A DNA stretch of 64,000 nt. Source: Antedon mediterranea (taxonomy: Eukaryota; Animalia; Echinodermata). The position numbers were made by a program, and so were the translations under genes. The DNA is taken from assembly GCF_964355755.1 (NCBI RefSeq), contig NC_092670.1:31050388-31114387 (forward strand), given 5' to 3'. Below, one piece after another: positions 50,775 to 63,560 of the stretch (positions are counted from its first letter, which is position 1; each line of letters starts with the position of its first letter). The notes below the pieces were generated by a model. That model searched no databases and was not told the DNA's origin. It saw only the letters and a program-made list of their open reading frames with translations.

Positions 50775-51760
50775 TAAAAAATTGTGTGAGGAAAAAAATT
50801 GGAACGAAAAAGTTATAAAAATAGACCAGGTTTTGCAACTATGGGAAAAAAAAACCTCTCTTTTTTTGGTAGAATAATAATCATAAAAGCCTTTAGCAAT
50901 TTCAAAGCTTGTATACAACGCTAGCATTATAAGTGTAAGTATGTATTTTCAAAGGTAGAAAAGACTTTATATAGTTTTTTATGGGGTAAAAAAAGAAAAA
51001 ATAAAGAGAAAAACCCTTATAAAACCTATTACAGAAGGAGGACTCAACATGACACACTTTAGCACAATGGTTAATTCTTTAAAGCTTAGTTGGGTTAAGA
51101 GACTGCTAAGTCCTTACCCGGGTAAATGGAAGTGTGTACCAAGATATTATAATATGCATCCTTTTGAATACATGGTCAATATTACCCAGATTAATTTTGA
51201 AGCTCACAGAGATCTGAAGTGTATGCCCGAATTTTATCAAGAAATGTTAAAAGTAACAGTGTACTTCAATAGTAATAATAATGCATACTCAGAAAATGCA
51301 AAAGAAGTAGAAACACAGCAATTGTGGGAAAATAATTTCATAAAATGTAACGAAAAAACAATATATTTCAAAAATTGGTTACAAACAGGGTACAAAACAG
51401 TAAAAGATATAATAGTAGATTATAGATTAATATCATTCGAAGAAGTAATCCCCAACCTTTCAAAACAACAAAATGGTCTGATTGAGTTTTTTATGTTAAG
51501 AAATGCAATTCCTTCTGAGTGGAAGAAAATAATTACAATTAATGAAATCGAAAGAGACGACAACTTTATTGTAAGCACAAAAACTCATTTCACTATAGAC
51601 AACTTATCAATAATATTTCAATTGCCTTATCTTGTTAATCGAAATGGGAAACACTTTTCAGAAATGTAAACCTCTATTGGAAAGAAATATGGTATAGCAA
51701 AGTTTATAGTATAAACATGTTACGAAATTAGCACACTTTAATTTTAAGCTGATACATTAA
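50775..51760 (+). mobile_element. Tx1/L1-clade ORF2 fragment, part 2 (continuation of 46475-47655)
   Basis: Resumes at KLCEEKNWNEK, collinear with GYNTEECTRKNWDVK in the full-length element; then EGGLNM, LKLSWVKRLL, QQLWENNFI. Confidence 0.82.
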
Positions 51761-51879
51761 TATGAATGAATGAATTTATTATTACTTTCTTTTTCATATA
51801 TTTTTTAATAGATTGCATGCAGTACAGTGTAGTATTCAATAATAAATACATAATATCTAGTTTTAAAATACAGTCAAGA

Positions 51880-52560
51880 CCTTAAATTAAAGCTAACATT
51901 CTTCTAGTCTTGTTTTGTGAGTTAATTGTCTAACAAACAAGGAATCATTTTTGACACTCACTCGATCCATGGTTCTGATGGTAAAAAGGGTTTCCTCAGA
52001 TATGACTTCGCTCCATTAAAAAAGCTTGTGTTCCATCTCACTGTCAAAAGCTTTTTTTAAAATCAAAGTAAAAACAGTCAAATCTGCGACGAGGTTCCAA
52101 ATTATGACAAAGGTTTTAGTTTCAGTTTTCTTTGTCATTATGTTTGTATTGTACGGACGTACCATCTACATGTGTCCTATTGTTAAAAAGTGTCGATCCA
52201 AATATTACAATAGTATTTATTATCTTTACCTCTATTAGTTGAGTTGTACATGAGTGACCTGGTCTAAAACCGTGTTGGTGTTTTGAAAACAAATTTTTCT
52301 ATTCTATGATGCATAAGTACATCCTCTAATAAAATATTCCATCGTTTTGCAAATAATTGATGTGGTACTAATTGGTCTATAGTTTAACGGTTTACTTGTA
52401 TTTCTTTTCTTGAATATAGTGACTATTGTACATTAGCTTTATTCCATGAATATGGCATAGCTACCTCCTTAAAAATTGGTAATTGTTCCGCATGTTTCTA
52501 TGAGAAGCCAATAATGATTATCATCTCGTTCAGACGATTTACAGATGTATAATTTTACTT
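51880..52560 (-). mobile_element. Degenerate CR1-like RT fragment
   Basis: Minus strand reads VTIFKKRNTSKPLNYRPISTTSIICKTME and HGFRPGHSCTTQLI; broken frames. Confidence 0.65.
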
Positions 52561-52665
52561 AGGTGCTTTTGAATTTTTTTCAAAAGAGAACTCAAATCTC
52601 AATATCTCAGTCTCTTTTTTTGTCTTCCTATTGTAAATCTTGCTGTGAAGCACTCATAGAATAAC

Positions 52666-55498
52666 GTTTTTTTTTTTGTTTTTTTTTTATTTATTTCATA
52701 TTTCATGGTACCAAAAACAAGACCGACGCAGCGGTAACACACACACAAACTAAATATAAAAAACAAATTCTGCAATTAACAATTCATTGTTCTAAGTAAT
52801 TTAACAACGGTAAACAATTTATGGTAAATAAAGATAATAAAGATAAATAAAGATATATTAAATTGTCCCCCTGAACTATTTGGTGATTAACCTACATAAC
52901 AAATACAAGAAGGCTATAAATTGCATAAATCTTCATTTTTCATGTTTTTTTTTGGGGGGGGGGGGGGTAAACACATCTTTAATAAGTTTGATTTCACAAA
53001 AAAACACCATAATATATACACAACTTTCATGATTCAATACATTACATACACATGTGAATATGTATAAAAAATATAAGCGATCCTATTTTGATCAGAATTG
53101 CCTAACATTTGTTTTCTAACTACCTATTTTGTCCGATATGTAACCACTTGTTCAAGTGCATATCTATTTTATCATTTTTTTTTTCCATGTCGGCGGCTAT
53201 AATATGTCCAAAATCGTTTTCCCATTTGATACAGGTATGCGGAAGAGCACTAATGCGATTAATTATTAAGCTATATGCAAGTTTTGTTGTTAATTTTAAA
53301 TTCGATGCTATAATTACTTCACTTTTTTTTAAACATTATATCATATTTCTTAGATTGCATGGCATCTCTCCATATTTTTAGGAATAGCTACAATTAAACT
53401 ATGGAATGTCAAAAAATCCACACGTGATCATATTTAATATGAAACTGTTCATAAGACAGCATACTTCCGTTATCATTAAGCAAATCTTTAACTACTGTTA
53501 GCATTTTATTAAAATAACGGTTCACCTTGTATTGTAATATGACTGTTATACCATAATATTTCATTGTGGAACGTTACAGCCTCATTAATTTGCTTACAAT
53601 TAACATAGTGCCAACATTTAATTACTTGAGATAAAAACAAATTATCACTTATTCTATTGAGAATTGAGTCATTATTTGATATACTAGAGGGTTCGCTCGC
53701 TTCGCTCGCGCACCCTCTAGTGGGTGTACCCGAATGGTTCTCGAAAACATGACCAACGCCTCTGGAAATTGAAGCCCGGGTGACACCTATGCATATGACT
53801 GATGAGTGATGCATGTTTATTTTGTGATGTTTTGCACCTAAATTTGATTAAAAGATTAATAAATAGAATAAATAATTAGTTCAATTAGCCTCCTACAGTA
53901 ACATTGAATCGCACCTAAATTTGATAAAATGATTAATAAATAATTAGTTCAACTACCGAAACAAATTTAATTTCACGTAAAGTAAAGTCCTTTATAATTG
54001 ATTAGTTGAATATCTAGGCTAAAACAAATAAATTGTAACGATTCAGTTGAATCACTAAAATCACATTATAGTTCACGTAAAATTAAGGCCTTCAATAAAA
54101 GTTAAATTACTAAAACAAATTGTACTTCACGTAAAGTATATGCCTTTAATCAATGTAACTGATTAGTTGAATATCTAAAACAAATTAATTTCAGTAGTTC
54201 ACGATACGTTGAACCATTAAAATATTTTTGTATTTAATATTGAATGATATCCACAAATTTTGATAGGTAACGCTAAATTCTGTCGTTGTAAAAGGCAAAA
54301 ATGGAACAATAGCGTCGATGTGAAAACTAATGATATCAAATCTACGTTTCGCGGTACATCTGAGATAGATAAGGTAGGTATCCAAGGCGGAGATTTGTAC
54401 CAAAGTTTTTGCATTGTGCTCGCCTATGTCAGAATTAACCATAATTTATATATATATTACAATACCAAATCAAATTACCCCTAGCCGGGTGTAAAAACTC
54501 CCGCCATATGCCTTTCCAACGACCCCGGTTGTCTTCATCTAGAAATCGTTTTACCCATGATACTTTCTGTGCGTAGCAAAACGACTCTACATGGACCATT
54601 TTAAGTCCCCCCTTTTCAATTGTATTTATAATTAGTTTTCTTGCGGACCAAATGTTAGTAAGCGTTTTAATTTTGTCAAGCTGAGGTAATAGGTTCAGAG
54701 TAAACAGATCTGAAGGATCAAGTGTAAATTTGACTCCAAGTAACCATATCGGACCTTTTGTCAAAGTAAGTTTTTTTAGTTTGTTATCCTCTTCAAATGT
54801 ATTTAGTATATGTTTATCTGATCCTATACAGATCACTTGTGTTTTATCTTGATTTATTTTTAATCCAGAAATATTGGCAACATTTTCAAGAAATGTAATA
54901 GTACCCAAAATAGACTCTTTAGAACCATCGAGATTGATAACTGTATCGTCGGCATATTGCTTTAATTTAATTTCTTGATTATTAATTGTAACACCTTTAA
55001 TTGTTGGATTGTGGCGAATATGAGAAGACAATATTTCGGCACACATATAGCCTAAATAAGTATGGAGAGAGAGGTCATCCTTGTCGGAGACCTCTTGATA
55101 GATTTACAAAATTAGACGAATAACAATTATTAATCACACAGCTACAAGCGCCGGTATAAAACACATTTATCCATTTTCTAAAATCCTTCCCACAATTATA
55201 ATAAGATAAAACCTTATCTAAATATTTCCATTCTATTTTATCGAAGGCTTTTTCAAAATCCAAAGCAAGAATCATACATGGTATTTTTTCACAATCTGTG
55301 TAATGTATAATATCCAAAACTAATCGGATGTTTTCACCGATGTATCTCCCCTCCATAAAGCCGGTCTGATCGGGATCTATTATTAAGGGGAGAGCTTTTT
55401 AAAGCCTTGTAGCTATCGCTTTTGTAGCAATTTTGTAATCAGTATTTAAAAGGGAAATAGGCCTCCAATTTTGTAGCAGTGATAGTTGTTTATCTTTT
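52666..55498 (-). mobile_element. 5'-truncated Tx1/L1-clade LINE split by a Helitron
   Basis: NWRPISLLNTDYK, DFEKAFD, GLRQG, QYADD, KGGLKM; poly-A tail (T run at about 52666-52690). Confidence 0.88.
53684..54454 (-). mobile_element. Non-autonomous Helitron, same family as 26984-28310
   Basis: Shares the 5' about 150 bp and the 3' hairpin-CTAG; inserted at A|T; removal restores the host LINE frame WYCN-ISNND. Confidence 0.85.
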
Positions 55499-56014
55499 GA
55501 CACCTATCGCCATCTATATTCTTTAGATTTGATATATCTGGTCTAGTTTGTGTTTTACTTTAAAAATAATTGTTTGGAAATAACCTTTATTTCTCTAGCA
55601 ATGTATTTGTCATTCTTACAGTAGCAGTAGCAAATCATCCTTGTGATGTAATCATTCCATGTATGATCATATTCATTTTTAACATTTTTGTCCTGTTTCA
55701 ATTGCGATGTTTTACCTTAATAAAGACATTAACTTCGTTGTTCATACATTGTTTCTTGTCGGTTTTAAACCAAAGTAAGCTGCACATTTATTCATAATTT
55801 GTTTACATTTTCTAAATGATTCAACTCCAGATAGATTATTGCATAGAGCCATCAAGCCTTTGTTACTCAAACAGCTCCTCATAAAAAAAAATCAGCTTCT
55901 TGATTAATAATAGTTGTTTTTTGTTTGTTCTGTATACTGTATTGGAATTTATTATTTATATAGTTAATATCTCAAATAAAAGAATGAATGACTTTAAGAG
56001 GTACATGTCCTTCA

Positions 56015-56915
56015 GGGTGTCTAGAAAACTAAGATCTAGAAAACTCAGATCTCAGATATATCTGAGTTTTCTAGATCTGAGTTTTCTAGATCTAGAAAAT
56101 GCAGATATCTGACTTTTCTAGATCTAGAAAACTCAGATATCAATATCTGACTTTTCTAGTTCCAAAATGGAACTAGAAAACTCAGATCATCATTTGATTG
56201 GTTGGTAGGTCATTTCGATCGTTCCATTATTAATCAGCAGGTAAGTCATTTGAAATACTAGAGTATTATTAAAACTGATTACTGTGTACGTTTTCTTACT
56301 AATATTGTAACATGTAGAAGCGGCCTACGGCTTAAATCATAAAGAAAATACAGTGCATGTTACCGTTAAAATATAGGCTTAAAAATGAGGCATGTATGAG
56401 TTGGTGTGGGTATGAGTTGGTTGAGGTACGAGTTAGCCAAGTTGGGAATAGGTACGAGTTATTTTGGATACGAGTTGACCACTTCTAGTCTAGTATTGTA
56501 AGACCAGGCCTACTCTTCGCGATACATCGCGATAGCGCCCACACGTTGAACCTGGAATTGAGTTTGCTTAGCTAGGCCTAAATGCTAAGCCTCCTACATT
56601 TTAAAAGGTGTAAACTGTATTTATTTATGATTTAAGTCGTAGGCTGCTACTACAAGTTACAATAATTATTATTATTATTAGTAAGAAAACGTATAATACT
56701 GTGTAGTATTTCAAATATGCTACCATCTAATAATAATGGAACAATCCATTTGATAATCTGGGTTTTCTAGTTCCATTTTCGATTTTTGGATCTAGAAAAG
56801 TCAGATATCTGAGTTTTCTAGTTCTAGAAAAGTCATATATCTGAGTTTTCTAGATCTATAAAACTCAGATATATCTGAGATCTGAGTTTTCTAGATCTGA
56901 GTTTTCTAGACACCC
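56015..56915. mobile_element. MULE/Foldback-type MITE (901 bp)
   Basis: TIR GGGTGTCTAGAAAACT / AGTTTTCTAGACACCC; 9-bp TSD TGTCCTTCA; arms made of CTAGAAAACTCAGAT repeats. Confidence 0.9.
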
Positions 56916-56939
56916 TGTCCTTCAACTGTAAACTAATTT

Positions 56940-56986
56940 TCAGGAGTACTTCACGTGAACTGTCATAATATAAGCTTCCCCAATCG
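56940..56986 (-). CDS. PAN-protein terminal exon
   Basis: TTTTCAG acceptor; IGEAYIMTVHVKYS-stop; matches paralog exon 17615-17661. Confidence 0.8.
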
Positions 56987-59900
56987 CTGAAAATACAAAA
57001 TAAAGGTTGATTTCACCATTAGAATGTCCACTCAACCATGATTAACAAAATCATGACAAACCTTAAAAATATGTTATATATAATGAAATACCAGGGCCTA
57101 TATTGACCAATGCATTGCGTGTCGTTGGCCAATGACCACAAGAAATCTGCAAACTATATGTATATTATAATATACAGTGTTTTGTTATCTCTTTGTACAA
57201 ATTTCAATTTTGATCATCATTGTATGGGATGAATGAAAGATGACAATAAATCCTTCTCGTATCGTACCATCATTATGTGAAAATTAAATTACAGTTTACG
57301 TAATAGTTTGAGTAAGAAAACATCCTAAATTTTACTAACGCATCCATAATTGTATTTTGGTTGAAATGTGATTTGTGATTTGCCCTTTAAATTTAAAAAT
57401 AACAATTTTGAAATTGCATATTATTTCGATAATAGTAATCAAACAAGATAGGACAAAATATCATAACAGGTACATATTTGGAATAAAGGATGCTAATTTG
57501 ATACGTACAAAAACGTACAGGTAAAGTCTAATTATTTAGGATTATCGGAATGTATGCGTTGGCGCATAATAGTCCACTTTTACATATTATTAATTGTACT
57601 TACAGCCAGAATGCCAGGTCTCCACATTTTCCGAAGAGCTGAATAAGAAGGTTGGAAGACGTGTTCCGTCATAATCACAGTTCATCAGTATGTCGTTAAA
57701 CATTAACCATCCCTTATCTATTGTGCATCCGCCGAAGTGCTTATTAATATAGAATATCCGATGTTTTCTATTATGCAAACAACATTTTATGCATAAAATG
57801 AAATATATCATATATAATATGCATTTTGTAAATAATTATAATTATTGAAATATGTTACACTACTACTTTGTTTATAATATGTAAAACATGAAATTCATAA
57901 TTCTACAATCTCCATTTTCCTAATACAAAACAAGCTTACAACTTACGAATAACCTGCTATGCTAAAGTAATTCATCTGTACACCAGGATTTAAATCATCC
58001 CAAGGTGAATCAAGAAGATATTCAATTGAAAACCAAGATGTTTTAGTTGTTGTACTTCCGTTAAATATCAAATGTATAAGTTCATCCTGACATTTAGAAT
58101 ACAGTGTTAACTTCACCTATACAATAATTATAGTAAACATTACAATGCATACATATCCATGTTTCTTGGCTATGTTATGTAAACCATTATAAATTATAAA
58201 GACAAAATAGAAAAAAATATATGACAAAGCCGGAAAATTCAAATTCTAAAGCGTTACATAAGTTATTATGTTATGTAGCTTACTTCAATAATGTTCGCTA
58301 CAGTCCAGTCTTCAAAAGCTTTGCTTAATCTAAAGTTTTCTGAAGAATCAAATGATTTAGCAGCAGATGATTCTGATGTTTGAGTTCCATCGACAAAAGA
58401 ATCATAAATAGAAACTCCAGTTCCCGACATGCCCTTGAATATCAAGTTCCATTCTAAAATCACAAGATGAATAATGAACGTTTACTACACTGTCTATCTA
58501 ATCGGTATATTGCACCCATTGTGTTGTAGTGAAACATAGCAGTAAAACTACTTCCTAAGTTAAGGCAGTTTTTTGCGGTGGTGGCGCCGACATTGGCATC
58601 GGCAGCAGCAGCAGCGGAGGCAGCGATAGCGGCAGAAGCAGTAGTAGTATTAGTAGTTAGGACTAGTGGCAACATACTGTAACAAAGATATTAGTTGCAT
58701 AACAGTACAGTAGTTAAAGAAGCAGAGATAAAAGAAGCTACAACAGAAAGGTAACAGGCCTGAATTTCATAGTTAACCATAGAAACTCAACTTACCATTA
58801 GCACGGGTTTCCAAACAATACTGGACTTCATGGCGAAAGACTTCGTCTTCTTGACAATGAACATACAATTTCTTTATAAACAAACAAATAATTAGTGGAA
58901 TAAAATAAGAAATGTTTATATATGCGTATTATTATTATTATTTAAATATATCATAATAGGTGAAATATAACATTCCCAGAAAAAAAAATTCTAGAGGGAT
59001 TATTCTACATCGAAAGAAACATTCGGTAAATTTGACCAATAATATAATTTTATAGAGGGCGCATAGCAATACATAAATACGTAATATAATAATACTAATT
59101 TATTTCGACAAGCGAAATGTTTAATTGGCTCAATAGTTTGAGCCTCAGCTTTATCACTGGAGTTTTATTTATATAATAACGTTAGACGCGGCGAAATAAT
59201 AAGTAGTAGTTATGTTTTGCAACGACAGGTAACATTTTTACATAGGCTAGTAATATTAACATTTAAAAGTGCATTTGTTTTTGGAAATAATTAAACTAAA
59301 GCAGTTACATGCTCACCTCCAAAATAAACTCGTAGTAAACTACATCGTTTATCATCTTGGATGTCTCCATATCGTCGTTTTTAATGGAATTTAAATAACA
59401 TACTTTTTTCTCTTTGTCGTAAGAAACTGACAGGCACACTTGGTCCTTCTGGCATGAGATAATACATCGAACCATTGACTCACTTCTAAAACGTTGTATT
59501 ATCTGATCAGTAACAGGTAACCTACCACCAGGTCCAATTGTATGCATTATGCTAATTGGTCGTTTACATTTTGTTTCAATGACTGATTGACTGTTAGTGA
59601 ATTCTAGAATAAATATATAGGTTATAAACAGATTAGGCCAGGTTGATCAAACTTTAAAAATACATAGCAAGGAATTCTTTTGTAAATCAATGTTTTCTTT
59701 ATATAACTGCATAAAACAAAACGAAATCAATGTATGGTTTAATCATTGCATTAGTAAATAAATGTTAAACATACGCCGGGCATTTTGCATTACAAACACA
59801 GAGAGATCCCGACTTACACAGGTAGTTTTGGGACCCAGACATTCACCATGCTTTTTATGCCCAGAACTTCACAATTTTGCTCAGATAAGTTTATAACAGA

Positions 59901-60126
59901 AGTATATTTAATATAAAACAATTAATGAATGTTTTGTACTCCTCAGATGGAGGAACATATATTTATTCAATCCAGCTCCACTTAACTCATAAAATATTTC
60001 AATCGCATCAACTCATAAAACCATGATAAGCTTACGACTGGATACATTATTACATTACGTAAATAGTTTTATAATCATACCTTTGATTGATATCATCATT
60101 ATAAACAATATAACTTTGTCCACCAT
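56940..60126 (-). CDS. Uncharacterised secreted protein: signal peptide + PAN/apple-like domain + unnamed C-terminal domain (319 aa, 7 exons)
   Basis: Exons 60081-60126, 59317-59603, 58796-58871, 58284-58453, 57947-58116, 57604-57767 and 56940-56986 are GT-AG, phase-compatible and total 960 nt with no internal stop. PAN pattern RCIISCQKDQVCLSVSY...CYLN; supported by the paralog at 17615-32429. Confidence 0.82.
57604..57767 (-). CDS. PAN-protein exon 6
   Basis: RIFYINKHFGGCTIDKGWL...CDYD...PTFLFS; AATAG acceptor, GTAAGT donor. Confidence 0.85.
57947..58116 (-). CDS. PAN-protein exon 5
   Basis: VKLTLYS...FNG...SWFS...SPWDDL...YFSIAG; TATAG acceptor, GTAAGT donor. Confidence 0.85.
58284..58453 (-). 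CDS. PAN-protein exon 4
   Basis: EWNLIFKGMSGTGVSIYDSF...; TTTTAG acceptor, GTAAGC donor. Confidence 0.85.
58796..58871 (-). CDS. PAN-protein exon 3
   Basis: KLYVHCQEDEVFRHEVQYCLETRAN; AAG acceptor, GTAAGT donor; phases 0 and 1 fit neighbours. Confidence 0.68.
59317..59603 (-). CDS. PAN-protein exon 2 (PAN/apple-like domain)
   Basis: TTCTAG acceptor, GTGAGC donor; Cys pattern Cx3Cx5C...C. Confidence 0.82.
60081..60126 (-). CDS. PAN-protein exon 1 (signal peptide)
   Basis: MVDKVILFIMMISIK then G|GTATGA. Confidence 0.68.
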
Positions 60127-60539
60127 TATGTCGGTTTAGACCTATAGATCTAGTGATCTATTCAAAATTCTGTTTGATGGGGAAAAATGATATCTGTTAT
60201 TAAATTTCTGCCAATAAGAACTGTGTCATACTAAATTAGGTACTCAATCTAAGTTGATGATTGTAAGTGATGCTTACAAACCGTTGGGCCAGGTGGCTAT
60301 TGTCATAACCAGTTATTTATACTTTGTAAACAATTATACACTGCTATTTTTTTATTAATGTATTTATCAGTAATTCATTTGAAAATTTTACTTTAGAATT
60401 ATAATAATAAATTATATTTATTTGCTTTGAATTTGTAATACGTACCAGTTTTCTAACTAGCTGAAAATGTAATCCAGTTTAGCTCCTATCGCATTTTTAT
60501 TGCACTTTACGTAGTTCCCAGTCATAATCATTAGTCTTA

Positions 60540-61357
60540 ATTATTATGTGTTCGGGCTTATGATATTACTTAATACCATAGTTGAATATTATGAAATACT
60601 TCTAGTATAGTCTACGCAATGACATCTTTAGATTTGTTTAGAAGTGCTTTATTCCCTTAAATTAAAGACCTCTTTTGTGAGACAGATCTATTTTATACCA
60701 TCGCATTCAAGTAAATAACATTTAAAAATTACAAAGACTTTAACACTTACCTTGAAATGTTGAATAGTAAACGACTAGATGAACACCGTGAAACAATATG
60801 TCGTAAATTTACTCCAAATTGTATTATAGCTAATACATTTAATGAATGGTTTAGTAGAAACACTGAGCTTTCTGTTACTATTAGGAAAAGAATTTGTTTA
60901 GTTCCTATGTAAAACAAACCGATACTATAATAGCCCTATGCTTTATCTTTCACGCCTCCTTAATGAGAGATAGACTTTACTAAAGTAAAACTAAAGAAAT
61001 TATGTGAATATGTAGGCCTATAAATAAATTAAACATAATATGCGAATATGTATAAATAAATAAAATATTACTGTCAATCATTTTAACAACTCCATAATTT
61101 CCCCACACTCTAATTATAATTGATCATCTTGTAAATAAATTACCAATTTTCTTACCTTCCTTACTTATTTATTTAAATTTTTTAATTTTTAGATACATTT
61201 TAGCTAAATTTGTATATTTATGTATTGTGCAATAGGTTTGATTCCTTTTTTTCTTGTTCTTGCGATTTGTATGTACATTGTTTTATGCCTGTTTGAAATA
61301 GTTTTATATTTGTAAGCCTTTGGCTGCGATTTTGATATTCAATCTAATTAAATTAAA
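60540..61357 (+). mobile_element. Degenerate 3' LINE fragment (L2/Daphne-like)
   Basis: KTNRYYNSPMLYLSRLLNE C-terminal motif near 60910-60965; 3' hairpin GTAAGCCTTTGGCTGC then an A-rich end. Confidence 0.5.
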
Positions 61358-62256
61358 GTGGTCTTTAATTGGAGGGAATAATTTTTGAAACATGTTTTAT
61401 TTATGTCTCTAATTAGAATCTATCAAATGCAAACAAATACAATTTAAATTGATCTTTATTTGGAGGAAATAATTTGAAGGACAAATTTGGTTCAACCCAA
61501 ACCGTTGTATTTGGTCAAATAATAGAGTATCGTCATCATCATCATCATCATTGCAATCTTTAATTGGTGGGAGGACTGTAACTGTATAACCAAGAAATTG
61601 TTTTCAGCAAAATAAAAAAGAAATTTAGCAATAAATAATTTGAAATTTGTCCTTCATTGGCACACATAAAATGTGGATGATAGGCATATATTGAAATATC
61701 AATACTATAAATATAAAGATGAATTATTATAACAAGGCTTTATCATTGGCGTGTAATCGAAAAACGTAAAGAAGCAATAGTTTTAAATTATTGAACAATT
61801 TGACAAAAACGATGACAACGGCAGGTCGTAAACACCCGCTGTTTGTTGATAAACATTAATTCCATTGATCTTTATACGTTATGATATTTGATTGATTTTA
61901 TAGATGGATCCATAATATAAAACGTCTTTTGTATCTTCTTTTGTTTTTAGACAAACAAAAATTATAGAATTTGAATTCAAGATTTTTGTTTATCTTTCTT
62001 ACAAAATATTACAAGAATTCAGGCCCGTATCCCGGTAGAACTTACCCCGCCGTGTGCTTTAGGCTCCACTTTGCATAATTAAATATTTTAAATACAATTG
62101 ATGAAAGAAATTGTAAATGAATTAATTAAAAAAGAATTATTGTCAAAAATAATTTTTTTTTCAAATTTAGTCTTTTTGGAATATTACCACGACTAAAAAA
62201 CAAGTAAGTTTGCAATTATTTTATACTGAGAGTATCAAATCTGTCAATTGGATTTC

Positions 62257-62475
62257 AGATATATCTGGAAAACTCAGATCTTGATATCTGAGTTTTCATT
62301 CTTCAACTAGAAAACTCAGATCTTGAAATGGATCGCTCCAGTATTAATCAGAAGAAAAAGAAATTGTTTGAAATACTACAGTATTATACGTGTTACTAAT
62401 ATTGTAATTTGTAGTAGCGGCCTACGACCTAAATCATAATGAAAATACAGTACGCGTTACCGTTAAAATTTAGCC
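62257..62475. mobile_element. Degenerate one-arm copy of the MULE-type MITE at 56015-56915
   Basis: CTAGAAAACTCAGATC repeats and collinear similarity to 56090-56375. Confidence 0.7.
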
Positions 62476-62489
62476 CCTGGATATCAGCG

Positions 62490-62570
62490 CAAGCTCAGTG
62501 GTCTAGAGGTATGAATGACAGGCTAGTGGTATGTGGGTTGTGGGTTCGAGCCCACCCGACAACTACCTGT
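62490..62570 (+). other. tRNA-derived head (tRNA pseudogene or SINE 5' part)
   Basis: A box AGTGGTCTAGAGG and B box GGTTCGAGCCC; acceptor stem does not pair well. Confidence 0.5.
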
Positions 62571-62699
62571 TCATTTTTTCGCAAGTATTCTCAGTATTTA
62601 GTACCGTATAAAGTACAAATTACGTCAGAGTAGGGCAAAACATCTCACCAATTATTCAACATCAAATCTACTCCACAGTACCGTAGTTAATAATAATTA

Positions 62700-62998
62700 C
62701 AATGCTATACTTGTTGTACGAGATAACAAAACAAGAAGAATGGAGTAAAAGAATTAAACGAAGGAGACTAAAATGGTATGGAAACATAATTAGATTACCG
62801 GATGATTAGGAAACTAACAGGAAAGTAAAACGACCCGTAGGAAGACCAAGAAATAACTGGATGAATCAAATAAAGAAAGATTTACAAGGACTAGTAGACA
62901 CTAACACAATAACAAACCATCCTGCCATAAACAGAAAAAATGGAAACAAATTGTGGAAAGCGTAATGTCGGAAGACGGAAAACGTTAGCAACAACAAC
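62700..62998 (+). mobile_element. RTE-clade LINE 3' fragment
   Basis: KRRRLKWYG...KRPVGRPRNNWMNQIKKDL; (CAA)n tail at about 62989-62998. Confidence 0.7.
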
Positions 62999-63239
62999 TT
63001 GTTGTACCTGGTAAACAGCTAATGGTAATTTGACATTGCATACATAATACGATAATCATGTAAGTATTTTGTTTCTTATATAATTACAAGAATATCATAA
63101 ACCACCTTTATTTCTGACCTTTTCCAAATTATCTTGTAAAGTCGAAGTCTTTGTGAATTGTTCTATTATTTGTATCTGCGTTACAACTACGAACATATTA
63201 AGACAAATATTCTACGTAATAATAATGATTCATAATTAT

Positions 63240-63560
63240 GCAATACAACTCAATCGATAAACGGCAACAACAATTCTTTCAAAATTAGTTAAATAAGGAA
63301 AAAAAACTAGGTAACATAATCCTCTATTTAATAAGTGTACAACTCAATCGATAAAATGGTAACAATACTTTTTTTTTAATATCAAATTGAGGACCTTAAT
63401 TCTTCGTAATTTAATCCACTACATAATAGACATACAACTCAATCGATGGTAATAGCAATCAATAAAAAAATTATCTACATGGCTAAATATTTATATTTGA
63501 TAATTAATAGGCCTAATCAACTAAATAATTATAATACAACTCAAAAACTAACAACTAACA
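63240..63560. repeat. Decayed tandem repeat, period about 95 bp
   Basis: TACAACTCAATCGAT recurs at about 63245, 63338 and 63433, and partially at 63535. Confidence 0.6.

Noticed and set aside
57098-57153. Alternative last exon for the PAN gene
   Set aside because: 56940-56986 has a better acceptor and matches the paralog's last exon in length and sequence.
58460-58675. Ala/Thr-rich ORF
   Set aside because: Intronic (GCA)/(GTA) low-complexity tract; not needed for the gene model.
59818-59880. Possible extra exon of the PAN gene (GTAAGT donor on the minus strand)
   Set aside because: Exon 1 joins exon 2 in phase without it, and there is no convincing acceptor.
62490-62570. Functional tRNA gene
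   Set aside because: A and B boxes are present, but I could not form a cloverleaf with a paired acceptor stem.
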